Part shown: in pieces, positions 47,338 through 57,470 of the stretch | Layout of the letters: every line of letters starts with the position of its first letter | Numbering within the stretch: the stretch's first letter is position 1 | IMG/VR virus record: IMGVR_UViG_3300032308_000478 | Span: 1 to 57,780 of that record | Direction: 5' to 3' (one strand) | DNA: 57,780 nt | DNA from: a virus | Lineage: Duplodnaviria > Caudoviricetes | Notes under the pieces: model-generated | What the model was told of the DNA's origin: nothing | Seen by the model: the letters and a program-made list of their open reading frames with translations, nothing else | Databases searched by the model: none | Translations under genes and position numbers: made by a program

Positions 47338-50177
47338 AGCTGGCCTAGGGTAAGGTTCATCAGTGCGTTTTCGGTATCGTCTATGATCCCCACCAGTCTG
47401 GGGTGACTGAGATTGATACCGACTACGTAGGTCTGTGCTGTCTTGGCTGTAGTATCCTTGCCTAGGTACGCCTTGTTGCTCTTGGGTGTGGCCAGTACGT
47501 TTTCCGCAGTGAGATCCTGCAGTACGGTACGGTAGTCGTATCGCTTCTCTGCAAGCCAGCGACGGAAATGCACCCGGTCTACAAGCATTGTGCCCCTGTC
47601 AAACTTGTCGTTGAGTGACTTCCTGTAGAGGTCCAGTCTGATGCGTATGTCTTCACGGGGCATGCGGTGGTGGTCAGGTTGCGGCTTCATCCCTGATGTA
47701 TGCATGACGGTCACAAGCACGGCTGCATGATCGTTGACGTACTCAGAGACGAGGTCGAAGGTGTCGCGCTTGATGTCTGCCACAGAGCGGCGGATGGCTC
47801 CCAGCTGCGCAAGCATCCACTCAATGGAGCGTTCGTACTTGAAGGGTATCAGTCCCCAGCTGTGCGCTAGGTGGAAGCTGAGATCCGCAAGCACAACCGC
47901 TGCCTCCCAGTACCGTTCCTGCCCGCCAAAGCTGGCCTTGTACTTGGTGCGGAAGGCTTCGTAGTGACGGGAGATCATGGCCTTGAGAGCCTGCGGCCCT
48001 AGCTCCAGCAGCTTGGATACAAACTCCCGACCAATGAACCCATAGTTACTATGGATATGATCGTAGATCATCTTGCCTGCGGTGCTGTCCCTAGAGAACA
48101 GTGGATGCGACGGCACGTTGATCTCAAGAAGTCTGGCCAGCTGGGCTTCTGTCTCTGTCCCGGCTGCGATCAGCATGGATGCGATGCTGGTGTTGGTACT
48201 GAGTACAACAGGTATGAAGTAAGGCTTGCTGTCGCGCTCCTCCGTGTTGCGGTTGAGACGTATCTTGTCCGCGCCCTGTGTCACTGAGTAGAGAAAGTCC
48301 CCAATGTCCTTGGAGTTCATCATGGTCGCTTCGTCTACAGTCATGGGCATGTTGCGGTAGAGAGACATGCGGTTGAACAGAGCGTTGACTGTGAACTTAC
48401 TCGTGAAGTGCAGCTTGTCCGGGTTACCCCAGAGGCTCTGTCCCCACAGCTGGGTCAGTGTCTTGCCGCCGCCAGTGGGTCCGTTGAGAGATACGGTCAG
48501 GCCCTTGAGTCCTGTAAACTCGTAGAGCGGAGCCGATAGCATGACGCCCATGGCGAACATGTGCCACGGCATGTCTGCCCGTTCGAGTACCTTGAGCCCA
48601 TCCACCTGCGCCTGAAGGGAGCCTTTAGATTCCCATAGCTCCCCGCCCTGCCGCTGCATCGGAGCGGACAAGGTGATATGCTCCTCGTGTGCGGAGCCAC
48701 TGTCGTCAAGACGTATTACAGAGTCGCCCATGACGAACTGCGAGAACTCTTCCTTCCACCCCATGGAGGAGTAGAGGTTAGTCATGCGGGTCGTCTTCTT
48801 CAGGCTGTCTACATATGAGCGCAACATGTACTGAAAGCTTTCTGTCAGCTTCTTGTATTGGAATATGATGCCCTGATCTGCCAGTGCAGTGGCGAACTCA
48901 CGATGGCCGTCAGTCAGCAGAGCCTGACGCAAGACAAGCGGTTGCCACCCTACGTGAGACCTGTCCCACATAAAGCGAACGACTTCGTATCCCAGTGTCT
49001 CGTCCTTGCCATAGCTTGTAGGATAGATGTCGAACGCACACACATCCGTATCGACGCCGTCGATAACCATCTTGATGCCCTGTGCTGTGCGCTTGAATGG
49101 CTTGGGCAGGGGCACTGCCTGTGCTATGGGGTCTGCTGCTGAACTCTGCGCAACTTCTTTATAGGACTGTCCTGTGTGGACAGGTGATGCGATCCTGCCC
49201 TTGAGCTTGCAGGTTTTGCAGCCGTCAGGGTTCTCGCTTTCGAACTTGGTGCAGAGTGTAGGACCAGTGGCGTTCTTCTTCCACTGCTCCAGCTTCCTGA
49301 CAGTCTCATGCTCCGAGAACTGAGGGTGCCCCTTGCTCCACTCAACAGCCGTCTGTTCGGGGTTCTCGCAGAATGCAGCCACCCCTAGCAGCGCATACCA
49401 AAGCGGCTCAGGCACGCTGTCAGGCTTGTTGATGGCATCCCTGATCTGCTGGCACTTGCTTACAATAACTCCCGGCACGCCAAGCGGGTGATCGCTCTTT
49501 ACTGCTAGGTTATCCAGCAGTGTGGTCTTGCGCACCGGTTGTGCCTGCAGTGGGGCTTTGAAGACGCCTGCCCCGCCAAGGACACGCGCGAACTCCAGTG
49601 GATCCACGTCCGCTGCGTCACGAATAAGCTTAGCTTTTTTACCGCTGCCCCTATTAGTAATACCGACAGCCCTGAGAACGCGGGCGCTGTCTTCTGTTAC
49701 CGAGGGGTCGATGATGACATGCCTTGCGGCCAGTACCTTTAGCGCAGAGGCCAGAGGTTGCCACTCTTCGGGCGTCAGGTCCCGTGTCATTACCCAATAC
49801 ATGTGCAGTCCATTGCCGCTGAAGACCATCAGCGGGTCGGGCAGTCCTGTCTTGGATATGAACTCTGCTACTGCGCGGCCTGCGTCCTGCAACGTGGCAT
49901 AACTATTGCGTAGCTCACCGGATGCGTCGTACTTACCGACGTCTACGTCGAGTGCGATGACCTTGGTTCTATTGACATTAGCCTGTTTCCTCCCCTTGTT
50001 TTCTACGAACGAAGATATAGCGTAGTATATGTTTCTCCCCATCTCATCCATGCGGACAGAGATGCTGGCTAGTTCTTCTATCGTGGCAAAAAAACCGTGC
50101 TGTCTGTTATCTACGTTGAACGCACAGTAGTACCCGGATGACGGAAGAACTCGCCGGAGAAACTCCAGCGTGTCCAT
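47310..50177 (-). CDS. Primase-helicase (AEP-type primase, PriCT, DUF927 helicase)
   Basis: ALDVD, SGNGLH.YW, EPLWYA, C..F..C..C, Walker A GPTGGGKT, Walker B TVDE; likely start MDTLEF. Confidence 0.9.
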   Translation of the reverse strand: MDTLEFLRRVLPSSGYYCAFNVDNRQHGFFATIEELASISVRMDEMGRNIYYAISSFVENKGRKQANVNRTKVIALDVDVGKYDASGELRNSYATLQDAGRAVAEFISKTGLPDPLMVFSGNGLHMYWVMTRDLTPEEWQPLASALKVLAARHVIIDPSVTEDSARVLRAVGITNRGSGKKAKLIRDAADVDPLEFARVLGGAGVFKAPLQAQPVRKTTLLDNLAVKSDHPLGVPGVIVSKCQQIRDAINKPDSVPEPLWYALLGVAAFCENPEQTAVEWSKGHPQFSEHETVRKLEQWKKNATGPTLCTKFESENPDGCKTCKLKGRIASPVHTGQSYKEVAQSSAADPIAQAVPLPKPFKRTAQGIKMVIDGVDTDVCAFDIYPTSYGKDETLGYEVVRFMWDRSHVGWQPLVLRQALLTDGHREFATALADQGIIFQYKKLTESFQYMLRSYVDSLKKTTRMTNLYSSMGWKEEFSQFVMGDSVIRLDDSGSAHEEHITLSAPMQRQGGELWESKGSLQAQVDGLKVLERADMPWHMFAMGVMLSAPLYEFTGLKGLTVSLNGPTGGGKTLTQLWGQSLWGNPDKLHFTSKFTVNALFNRMSLYRNMPMTVDEATMMNSKDIGDFLYSVTQGADKIRLNRNTEERDSKPYFIPVVLSTNTSIASMLIAAGTETEAQLARLLEINVPSHPLFSRDSTAGKMIYDHIHSNYGFIGREFVSKLLELGPQALKAMISRHYEAFRTKYKASFGGQERYWEAAVVLADLSFHLAHSWGLIPFKYERSIEWMLAQLGAIRRSVADIKRDTFDLVSEYVNDHAAVLVTVMHTSGMKPQPDHHRMPREDIRIRLDLYRKSLNDKFDRGTMLVDRVHFRRWLAEKRYDYRTVLQDLTAENVLATPKSNKAYLGKDTTAKTAQTYVVGINLSHPRLVGIIDDTENALMNLTLGQLQPVPSSSP

Positions 50178-50191
50178 AAGCGAGCCCTTTC

Positions 50192-50216
50192 GTGCGAGGG
50201 GTGATGCCCCTCGCAC
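50192..50216. other. Hairpin just upstream of the primase RBS
   Basis: GTGCGAGGGG-TGATG-CCCCTCGCAC. Confidence 0.65.
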
Positions 50217-50227
50217 AGTAAGCGAAA

Positions 50228-50503
50228 CTATTTAAGAACCTCAAGCAGCTTCTCTAGTCTTTGTTTGGGATCCATGGCGATGACGTTAGGCGGGGGCCAG
50301 CTGTGCACCGTCATGACATTCAATAAACCCCTGAGTTTATGCTTCACTGTTATGACGTTGCTTTTCCTGACCGGCCTGCCCTTGACCCAGTTATAGTAGG
50401 TCACGCGGCTTACTCCCAACAACTGTGCCATATCTGCAGTGTTGAGAAGCATATGCCGTCGCAAGCTTTCTACTTTCTGAAAGTCTATGTCAGTGCTAGT
50501 CAT
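50228..50503 (-). CDS. XRE-family HTH protein
   Basis: LR...L....MAQLLGVSRVTYYNW..G. Confidence 0.88.
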   Translation of the reverse strand: MTSTDIDFQKVESLRRHMLLNTADMAQLLGVSRVTYYNWVKGRPVRKSNVITVKHKLRGLLNVMTVHSWPPPNVIAMDPKQRLEKLLEVLK

Positions 50504-51524
50504 CTGATCCCATCCCCGCCAGCAGAGATGCGATGTCGTCTACGAGTGACGAACCCGGAGGGGTTTCGGCTACAGCCTGCTTGGCAGGACGGCCACGCTT
50601 CACAGCAGCGAGACTAGCCACGCCAGCATTGCCATTATCGTTAGGCATAACGTTATTAACACCGCCCACAGGAACAGCGGGAGCAACACCCACGCTACCA
50701 GCTTGAGCAGCAAATCCTCTCTTAGCCGTAGCGGCGGGTGGGGGCGGGGGCGGAGGGGGCGGGGGAGGAGGCGGAGGAGGAGGGGGCGGGGCGGGAAGGG
50801 CCGCGTCCTGATGTGTGGATCCTTCTGATTGTCCTGTAACATGCATGATCTCGTCGCTATCGAGGAGGGGGGATGTCAGCTGCTGCGCTTCTTCCGAAAT
50901 GAAGCCGCCGAACTTGAAGGTAAGCTTGGGGAAACTGGCGTCTGTGTCGAAGCCAATCACTGTACGCACGATCTCTACTGGAATACCACGGGATGACAGT
51001 TCCTTTTGGTACTTGCCAAGTCCCTGCAGCGCAGCCGGAGTAACCTGCAGCAGGTAGACCGGGCCACCGGGATCGTCAGCCGCCACCACAGCCAGTCGTT
51101 TGTGGTCAGAGCAGGCTTTGATCTCCTTACCCTGCGTCGTTACCTTGGAGCCCCATGCGTTCTGCGGGCAACCCTGACACATGTCGTACTGCTTGTGCTG
51201 CGAGTCGTTGTGCGGGCGAACGCCGTCCATGGAGAAGCAGTCGGGCGCACCCGGCTCGTTGTCAGGCGTCCACTGTCCTGCATAAAACGTCTTGGACAGA
51301 CGCGGGTTTGCACCGACAACGATGACATCAAGGGTAACCGTGTTGAGTACAGTCTCGGTCTTGCCTTCCACGATGCGGAATCGCGAGCCCTTGATGGAGA
51401 TACGGGGGATGGACTCGCCGCCACCGATGCCGCCACCGAGCGCCTTGCTCAGGGATGAGCTAGCGCCAATTCGACCGGCCAAGTGCGCCGGTACAGTCAT
51501 GTTAGCTGGAATAAGATTAGTCAT
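50496..51524 (-). CDS. Putative ssDNA-binding/annealing protein with a polyproline linker
   Basis: PRISIKG..F, PDC.S.DG, C..CP.N..GS...KAC; acidic tail; position between helicase and primase. Confidence 0.7.
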   Translation of the reverse strand: MTNLIPANMTVPAHLAGRIGASSSLSKALGGGIGGGESIPRISIKGSRFRIVEGKTETVLNTVTLDVIVVGANPRLSKTFYAGQWTPDNEPGAPDCFSMDGVRPHNDSQHKQYDMCQGCPQNAWGSKVTTQGKEIKACSDHKRLAVVAADDPGGPVYLLQVTPAALQGLGKYQKELSSRGIPVEIVRTVIGFDTDASFPKLTFKFGGFISEEAQQLTSPLLDSDEIMHVTGQSEGSTHQDAALPAPPPPPPPPPPPPPPPPPPAATAKRGFAAQAGSVGVAPAVPVGGVNNVMPNDNGNAGVASLAAVKRGRPAKQAVAETPPGSSLVDDIASLLAGMGSDD

Positions 51525-51535
51525 ATGCTTCCTTT

Positions 51536-51934
51536 CTATGCCGACGCCGCAGGCTTGCGGACGTTGATCTCAAGTTTCGTACCGTAGTTGATACCCGGAG
51601 GAACAGTGCGATGCATCTCGATGAAGGCGCGTACCGCAGTCTTGCTGACGCGTTTCTCCAGCATGTCGTATGCATCCGTTGTCTTGATGTGGTTCAGTAC
51701 AGCGTCCCAATCCGCCACGTTGGCGAAGTCAACCGTAGTCAGGAACGCTGTCCCGTGGTCTGTCTTGAAACTGGTAACCCCTGTCTCTTCTGCCTTAAGC
51801 TTTAGCCATGCTTCCAGCTTGTCCATGTTGGCATCGATGGCAGCGGTCTTTTGTTTGGTCTCAGCTTCTATCTCTTGCTTCTGCGCACGCAACCGCAGAT
51901 ACCCTGCGATCACGCTGTCTATCGTGATTGTCAT
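51536..51934 (-). CDS. Conserved replication-module protein
   Basis: Coiled coil + T..GT, DWD, LEKRV, PPG. Confidence 0.75.
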   Translation of the reverse strand: MTITIDSVIAGYLRLRAQKQEIEAETKQKTAAIDANMDKLEAWLKLKAEETGVTSFKTDHGTAFLTTVDFANVADWDAVLNHIKTTDAYDMLEKRVSKTAVRAFIEMHRTVPPGINYGTKLEINVRKPAASA

Positions 51935-51935
51935 G

Positions 51936-53483
51936 TCACACCCTCTGTTGTTGGATCAGGTCCAGCAGAACACCTTGCACGTTTTGTTTGTTCTTGAGTC
52001 TCTCGTACATCCGGTGTTCTAGTTCTGTGGATTCTATGTGTATTATGTTTGATGTATACTTCTTGCCTATCCTTTCTATCCGTCCGCATGCCTGTACGTA
52101 AGTCTCGTTGGAGTTGATCGGTCCGTACCAGATGATTGTCCGCGCTGCTGTCAGCGTCAGGCCGTGAGCCATGGTTGCAGGGTGCGCGATAAGTATGTGC
52201 GGGTCCTTGGTATTCTGGAAGTTGTGGAAGATCACGTCCCGCTTTGAAGACGATACCTCCCCGTTAACTACACCAACTGTATAGTCCTTGCTTAGCTCCT
52301 CCTCCAACATGCGCAGTGTACCGGTCAACGGTACGAAAATAATAACCTTGTCGCCGATCTCTTCGATCACCTCCCGCACAGCCCTGATGCGTGGCGAGCA
52401 GTCCAGATGTATGTTCTTGCCGTCCTCCCCATACGCCACGCCGCAGCAAATCTGTATAAGCTTCAATGCTTTAACTGCGTCGTTGGCTGCAGTGATCTGC
52501 CCTCCTGCCAAGTCTGCGATCAGCGTCTTCATCATGCTCTTATAGTGCGTCTCCTGCTCGGCAGTCAACACAACTTTACGGGTTTGTACAACTGTTTCCG
52601 GCAGGTCGAAACATTCATCCCGTGTAAACCTGACGCTTGGTTGCAGCATCTTGCTGGCAATCTCCGTGGCGTCTGGCCTAGGCACAAGGCGGTAGGGGCC
52701 CACCCTCTGCATAACCTTCTCGCGGAAGGCTGTGAAAGGCATCGTGCACATGGGGCTATCGATAAGTCTGGCCAGCGCCCATGCGTCTGTCGGTTCGTTA
52801 GGTGTAGGTGTCCCAGTCATGAGCCACGCGCGTGTTGCAGGGTTCTCCTGTAGCCAGCGTCGAAGGATCCTGAACTTCTTTGTGCCGGGGTTACGCAGCA
52901 CAGCTGCTTCATCAACAATGATCAGGTCGAACATGCCGTGTGTAGCGTCAGCTATGATTCCAAAACCGTCGTGGTTTACAATGAAGAAGTCTGCATCTGT
53001 TTTGAGTAGTTTCATGCGACGTTCCGAAGTGCCGTGAAGTGTCACTGCCTTGCGGTGTACAAGTTCAGAGAAGATCGCATCACCCCACACCCGCTCCAGC
53101 GTGGACAAAGGCGACACGATCAAGACTTTCTTTATGTCGCCGCGTTCCATGAGGTAGTCAGCTGCCCACAGCGCACTGATGGACTTGCCTGTGCCGATCT
53201 CGTTCAGCACAAGACCGCGCTTGTGGAATGTCAGGAACTCAGCCGTCTTGCGCTGGTGCTCGTAAGGTTTGAACCGTCCGGGCCAGTCGTAATAGTAAAG
53301 TATGGGCGACGGAGCCTTGATGCCAAGGTTACGTAAGACCTTAACTTCGTCCAGTTTGTGCGGCACAATTGTCAGATCTATGCCGTCTCTGTGTAACATC
53401 CTAGCTGTAGGTATTGTAGACAGTACCCGTTCAGGGTTGTTAAGCTTGAGCGCGAGCGCCCTCGCTTGCTCGACGACAATCAT
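51936..53483 (-). CDS. SNF2-family helicase
   Basis: GTGKS, DEAA, TGTP, HGLTL, QA.GRI.R.G. Confidence 0.93.
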   Translation of the reverse strand: MIVVEQARALALKLNNPERVLSTIPTARMLHRDGIDLTIVPHKLDEVKVLRNLGIKAPSPILYYYDWPGRFKPYEHQRKTAEFLTFHKRGLVLNEIGTGKSISALWAADYLMERGDIKKVLIVSPLSTLERVWGDAIFSELVHRKAVTLHGTSERRMKLLKTDADFFIVNHDGFGIIADATHGMFDLIIVDEAAVLRNPGTKKFRILRRWLQENPATRAWLMTGTPTPNEPTDAWALARLIDSPMCTMPFTAFREKVMQRVGPYRLVPRPDATEIASKMLQPSVRFTRDECFDLPETVVQTRKVVLTAEQETHYKSMMKTLIADLAGGQITAANDAVKALKLIQICCGVAYGEDGKNIHLDCSPRIRAVREVIEEIGDKVIIFVPLTGTLRMLEEELSKDYTVGVVNGEVSSSKRDVIFHNFQNTKDPHILIAHPATMAHGLTLTAARTIIWYGPINSNETYVQACGRIERIGKKYTSNIIHIESTELEHRMYERLKNKQNVQGVLLDLIQQQRV

Positions 53484-53772
53484 GGATATGTTCCCGCACT
53501 TTTTCTATGGTGTCTGTGTCATAGACGAGGAACCACGCCCCGCCTGCTGTGCGTATCCTGTCCGCACATAGTTCCTGCAAGGCAGTCGGCTTCTTGCTCG
53601 CATCTGCCTTGCATTCTATCCCTATAAACCTCCCGAAAACACACGCCACCCGATCCGGGATACCAGCGTGGCCGTAAGGTCCTGACTGCGGTGAAAAGAA
53701 CCACACCCGCTCTTGCTTGAGCATGGTGTCCAGCATCTTCTTGACGCGGTTCTCGGGGGTTGCCCTGCTCAT
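53440..53772 (-). CDS. VRR-NUC nuclease
   Basis: E..V, GIPD, IECKA, PT.LQ. Confidence 0.9.
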   Translation of the reverse strand: MSRATPENRVKKMLDTMLKQERVWFFSPQSGPYGHAGIPDRVACVFGRFIGIECKADASKKPTALQELCADRIRTAGGAWFLVYDTDTIEKVREHIHDCRRASEGARAQA

Positions 53773-54119
53773 GCAGCGTTCTGTTTAGTTCGCGGCCTGC
53801 GGCTCAGACCGAGCCTGACGATACGTGAGTTAACGCTGGCGGGGTTCTTACCGAGGGTGTCGCCGATCTCACGAGCGGTAACGCCTTGACCCCACAGATC
53901 ACGAAGCTTGTTATCCTCGTCTTCTGTGTAGACAATCTTGGTTGCCTTGGTGTTGTTGCCTACAGATACGCCCGTAAGCTTAGCCAATTGTGCAACAAGA
54001 TCCCTGATTTTCTTTTCGTATACAGCAACCTGTTTTGCTGCGGCGGCTGCTTGCAACCGGGCAAATTCCAGTTCCTGATTAGTGCTTTTGATCTGTTCGT
54101 AGATAGCTTCGATAGTCAT
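53769..54119 (-). CDS. Coiled coil + GcrA-like HTH protein
   Basis: YTEDED.KLRDLW.QG.TAREIG..LG....V..RI.RLGL resembles the GcrA N-terminal domain (WTDER...L..LW..G.SA..IA..LG..RNAV.GK..RLGL). Confidence 0.75.
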   Translation of the reverse strand: MTIEAIYEQIKSTNQELEFARLQAAAAAKQVAVYEKKIRDLVAQLAKLTGVSVGNNTKATKIVYTEDEDNKLRDLWGQGVTAREIGDTLGKNPASVNSRIVRLGLSRRPRTKQNAA

Positions 54120-54121
54120 TG

Positions 54122-54784
54122 TTACCTCTTTGCATACAGGCAGGAAGATTTGCACGGGCAGTAATTGCATAGGCCGCTTGGTTTTGCTGGCCATACATCA
54201 TGCGTTAGTGCTTCTTCTACTCTGTTGATTTTACCTAGTGTGGTGTTAAGTAGACGGTCGTACATACCCCGTGTATATTTATACGGGTCTAGCTTCTTAT
54301 CCTGTAACCATAAAAATCCCGCGTCCACCTTTGTAACCTCTGGCTGATGGGTGAATACCATCATCGCCGAAAGCTCAAGTTGATATGCGTCGGGTCTACG
54401 CTTACCGGTCTTCCAGTCTAGAACAGTAGCTGTGTCACCGTCAACAATTAAAACGTCAATCTGTGCACGAATCCACGTGTCACTATCCCACCAGCCTGAC
54501 GGTTTAAGGCTAGTGCTAAGTGCAAGTTTCTTCTCTGGGGCAAGTTCTCCTTTGCTTGCGCTAAGTGTATCACATACTGCAGTCACTGCCTGCAGTTCTG
54601 TAGGTAGTTCTTCTTCTCCTAGAAGCTTCTTCTCCAGCGCCTTGTGCACCCGCTCTCCGTGCTTGGACGCCTCGCCACCCTCGTCCTTTGCATCACGTGC
54701 AATACGTTGGTGGTAGTATCTCTTCGGGCAGTTCTCGAACAACTTGAGTGCAGAGTACGAGTGCGTTAGCTGGACATCGGTCAT
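54122..54784 (-). CDS. PD-(D/E)XK (Cas4/RecB-like) exonuclease
   Basis: SYS....F..CP, G...H, ID, DWKTG, QL, C..CP....C. Confidence 0.9.
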   Translation of the reverse strand: MTDVQLTHSYSALKLFENCPKRYYHQRIARDAKDEGGEASKHGERVHKALEKKLLGEEELPTELQAVTAVCDTLSASKGELAPEKKLALSTSLKPSGWWDSDTWIRAQIDVLIVDGDTATVLDWKTGKRRPDAYQLELSAMMVFTHQPEVTKVDAGFLWLQDKKLDPYKYTRGMYDRLLNTTLGKINRVEEALTHDVWPAKPSGLCNYCPCKSSCLYAKR

Positions 54785-55071
54785 GGTTCTTCCTTTATAA
54801 AAACTGCACCGATATAAATCAACACGCTCTTCGGATCATACCATACGTCAGCCGGATCCTCTGCCGCATACATTAGTATGTTGGCTCCGCGTTCTGCTTC
54901 AGCTTCAGATGTATAACGTTCGCTTAGTATGCAGGTGTTCTTGTCGATGTGTATCGCACCGGGATCGCACAATGTCCACCCGTCAGCCGACCAAAATTTA
55001 TTTCGCCAATGCCCCTGCGGAGGCGCTGTCGTTTTAACTATTGTGTCTTCGGCTAGGTCAGAACTCATCAC
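54781..55071 (-). CDS. Hypothetical protein
   Basis: 96 aa, coupled ORF. Confidence 0.65.
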   Translation of the reverse strand: MMSSDLAEDTIVKTTAPPQGHWRNKFWSADGWTLCDPGAIHIDKNTCILSERYTSEAEAERGANILMYAAEDPADVWYDPKSVLIYIGAVFIKEEP

Positions 55072-55303
55072 GCAATGTCCTGTACTTAAGTAAGTCCAGC
55101 AGTCCTAGGAAAACAAACGGATCTTGCAGTGCTGTCTTGTATGTAGCCACGCTGTCCTTTGAACTCAGTACAAGTACTGCTTCGGTTACAGCTGGGTTGG
55201 CGTGTACATATTCAAACGCTTGGGTAAGTAGCTCTTTGACCGCCTTCTGTTTGTTGGATTGCAGAGCGAACAAGTCGATTACGTTGTCATGTCCATCGCT
55301 CAC
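55058..55303 (-). CDS. Hypothetical protein
   Basis: 81 aa, GTGA overlap with polA. Confidence 0.65.
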   Translation of the reverse strand: MSDGHDNVIDLFALQSNKQKAVKELLTQAFEYVHANPAVTEAVLVLSSKDSVATYKTALQDPFVFLGLLDLLKYRTLRDEF

Positions 55304-57171
55304 TTGGCATCTCCATAAAACTTGGCCGCGCTACCTTCGCAGGCAATAGGTAGATCCTTCGCCCACTCTGGTGGTGTGGACATGACATCCATCATGTAGG
55401 CTAGTCCCTCTTCTGCTTTGTCCCTCGGTACAAGCGCAGCCAGTTCGTCGTGTACCTGCAGTACAACTTTATACTTGTTACTTGCATTAACACGAAGCCA
55501 TTGTTCTTTGATGATGCACGTGGCCAGTGCCTGTACGAGGTTCTCGATAACCTTGCCTCCGTAGATGTACGTCCACGGGAGATCGTCCATATTGTCACCG
55601 GCCAGACGTCCGGTCATGATAGACTTATATGCAGGGGCGGATGAGCAGTACCTGTACTGGTTGTTGCCCGACACGTTGAGCATAGGGTACTGCAGTGACA
55701 TCCCGTTAGGCAGTTCTATCTTGTTGTCATGACACCTGAACCTGTTGGCCAGTACGTATTCCTGACCCCGTGCCATGGCTCCCAGTGCGTGGCCTGCCTC
55801 CGCCCACAGCCCCTTGATACGGTGGTTAGTGTCACGGTATTTGAGCACAGTACTGACCGCTTCGTCCATGGACATGTTGACCTTCATGCCCATCGCCCCT
55901 GACTGCAGAACTAGCTGCAGCTTGGCGTGTCCAAGGCCGTAGCCCAGCCCCAGAATACACACCTTACCAACAAACCGCTCGCGCGTGTCAGCCTTGGTGA
56001 TCGGCTTGTCGTAGAGCTTGGAGGCGAACTCGCTGTACACATCCCGCTTGTTACGGAACGCATCGAGGAGGTGGTCTTCTCCTGCCAGCCACGCCAGCAC
56101 ACGGGCTTCGATCTGCGCACTGTCCACTACACAGAACACGTATCCATCAGGCGCACTCATGGCCTTGCGTATGGCCCCCCCGCGAGGGAGGTTCTGCATG
56201 TTGAGTTTGTCACCCCCCGAGAAGCGCCCCGTATGTGCGCCATAGTAGTTAAGCATGACAGGCAGGGGGCCGCGCTCCTGCACCCCGATCAGCGCCTCGG
56301 TTCTGGTCTCGTCCAGCGTGCTCTTAACCCCAAGCCTTGCAGCCACGATGTTCTGGATAGTTGTGTCTTCGTGGTTGAGTAGGTCAGTAAACTCCTTGTC
56401 TGTCTTGGAGAACGCGAACGCCATCTCGCCAGTGGTGGGGCTCTGCTTGGTAGGTGGTGGTACGCCGTACTTGAGGAGCACATGTGCCAGCTTGTTGTTA
56501 CTCATCAGATCTTCAGTGCTGATACCCTCCTCGGCAAGGCGCTGCATAAGCACAGCCTTCTGGTCTTTCACGTAAGCCAGATGTGTGGCCAGCTTGTCCG
56601 GGTCCAGTTCAATCATCGGCTCCGTGTAGAGCCGTAACGTTGCATCAATGATGGCAAGCTCTTTGGATGGGTATGCCTTAGCCATTACCTTGAACAGCTT
56701 GTACGTAAGCTCGACATCGTTGATGCAGTAGTCACCGTAAGTGGCGAGCTTGTCAGGTGTGAAGTCCCTGCGCCTCATGCCGAGAGCATGGACTACCTCC
56801 TTGCCCTTCTCCCCCAGCCCATAGGCCATGCACAGGTTAGCGAGTGACACGCTCTGTGTCTGTCCGACCTTAGCCTTGGCCATGGACAGGGTGTCCAGCC
56901 ACAGCTTGGGCTTTATGCCATACTTCCATGCCAGAATGGCACCATCGAACGCCGTGTGGTGTGCAAGTATAGCCTTGTCTGAGTAGTCCAGTCCCTTGAG
57001 GAACGCTCCGACATTAGACCCGCTGTACCAGTCAGTCGGGTTGTTGTTGATCTTGAGTCCTACACCTATGACTTCGAACCTAGGGTCCCTGATGTATTGT
57101 TCAGTCGTCATCTTGGACAGGCTGAACTCTTTATCGTAGTACGTCTCGAAGTCTATTGTAACTATGTCCAC
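55300..57171 (-). CDS. polA: Family A DNA polymerase with 3'-5' exonuclease
   Basis: Exo I DFET, HTGRFSG, motif A DSAQIEAR, motif B R..GKVCILGLGYG, motif C VHDE. Confidence 0.95.
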   Translation of the reverse strand: MDIVTIDFETYYDKEFSLSKMTTEQYIRDPRFEVIGVGLKINNNPTDWYSGSNVGAFLKGLDYSDKAILAHHTAFDGAILAWKYGIKPKLWLDTLSMAKAKVGQTQSVSLANLCMAYGLGEKGKEVVHALGMRRRDFTPDKLATYGDYCINDVELTYKLFKVMAKAYPSKELAIIDATLRLYTEPMIELDPDKLATHLAYVKDQKAVLMQRLAEEGISTEDLMSNNKLAHVLLKYGVPPPTKQSPTTGEMAFAFSKTDKEFTDLLNHEDTTIQNIVAARLGVKSTLDETRTEALIGVQERGPLPVMLNYYGAHTGRFSGGDKLNMQNLPRGGAIRKAMSAPDGYVFCVVDSAQIEARVLAWLAGEDHLLDAFRNKRDVYSEFASKLYDKPITKADTRERFVGKVCILGLGYGLGHAKLQLVLQSGAMGMKVNMSMDEAVSTVLKYRDTNHRIKGLWAEAGHALGAMARGQEYVLANRFRCHDNKIELPNGMSLQYPMLNVSGNNQYRYCSSAPAYKSIMTGRLAGDNMDDLPWTYIYGGKVIENLVQALATCIIKEQWLRVNASNKYKVVLQVHDELAALVPRDKAEEGLAYMMDVMSTPPEWAKDLPIACEGSAAKFYGDAK

Positions 57172-57185
57172 AGTTAGTCCCCTCC

Positions 57186-57470
57186 TTATGCGTATACTGA
57201 AACGTTCGGCTTCCTCTGCCCAAAGCGAGCCTTTGCGTACATGGCCATCTCATAGTGTGCGTACCGGGTGCTGTTACACTTCCGGCATGGACCCCCCGCA
57301 TGGTGTACCGGTTCCTCTGCAGTAAAGAACTCGACCACACCTTCTATAAAGCGGGCCACCCATGTGAAGCGCGGTTGCCTGTCAAGTAGCGAGAGCTTCT
57401 CTTCGTACCCCGTTACACTCCAGATCCTGTACGCAAGGGTTGTCCTGTTCTTCTGGTGCTTCTTCTGCAT
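57186..57470 (-). CDS. Hypothetical protein with CxxC
   Basis: 94-aa ORF upstream of polA. Confidence 0.55.
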   Translation of the reverse strand: MQKKHQKNRTTLAYRIWSVTGYEEKLSLLDRQPRFTWVARFIEGVVEFFTAEEPVHHAGGPCRKCNSTRYAHYEMAMYAKARFGQRKPNVSVYA

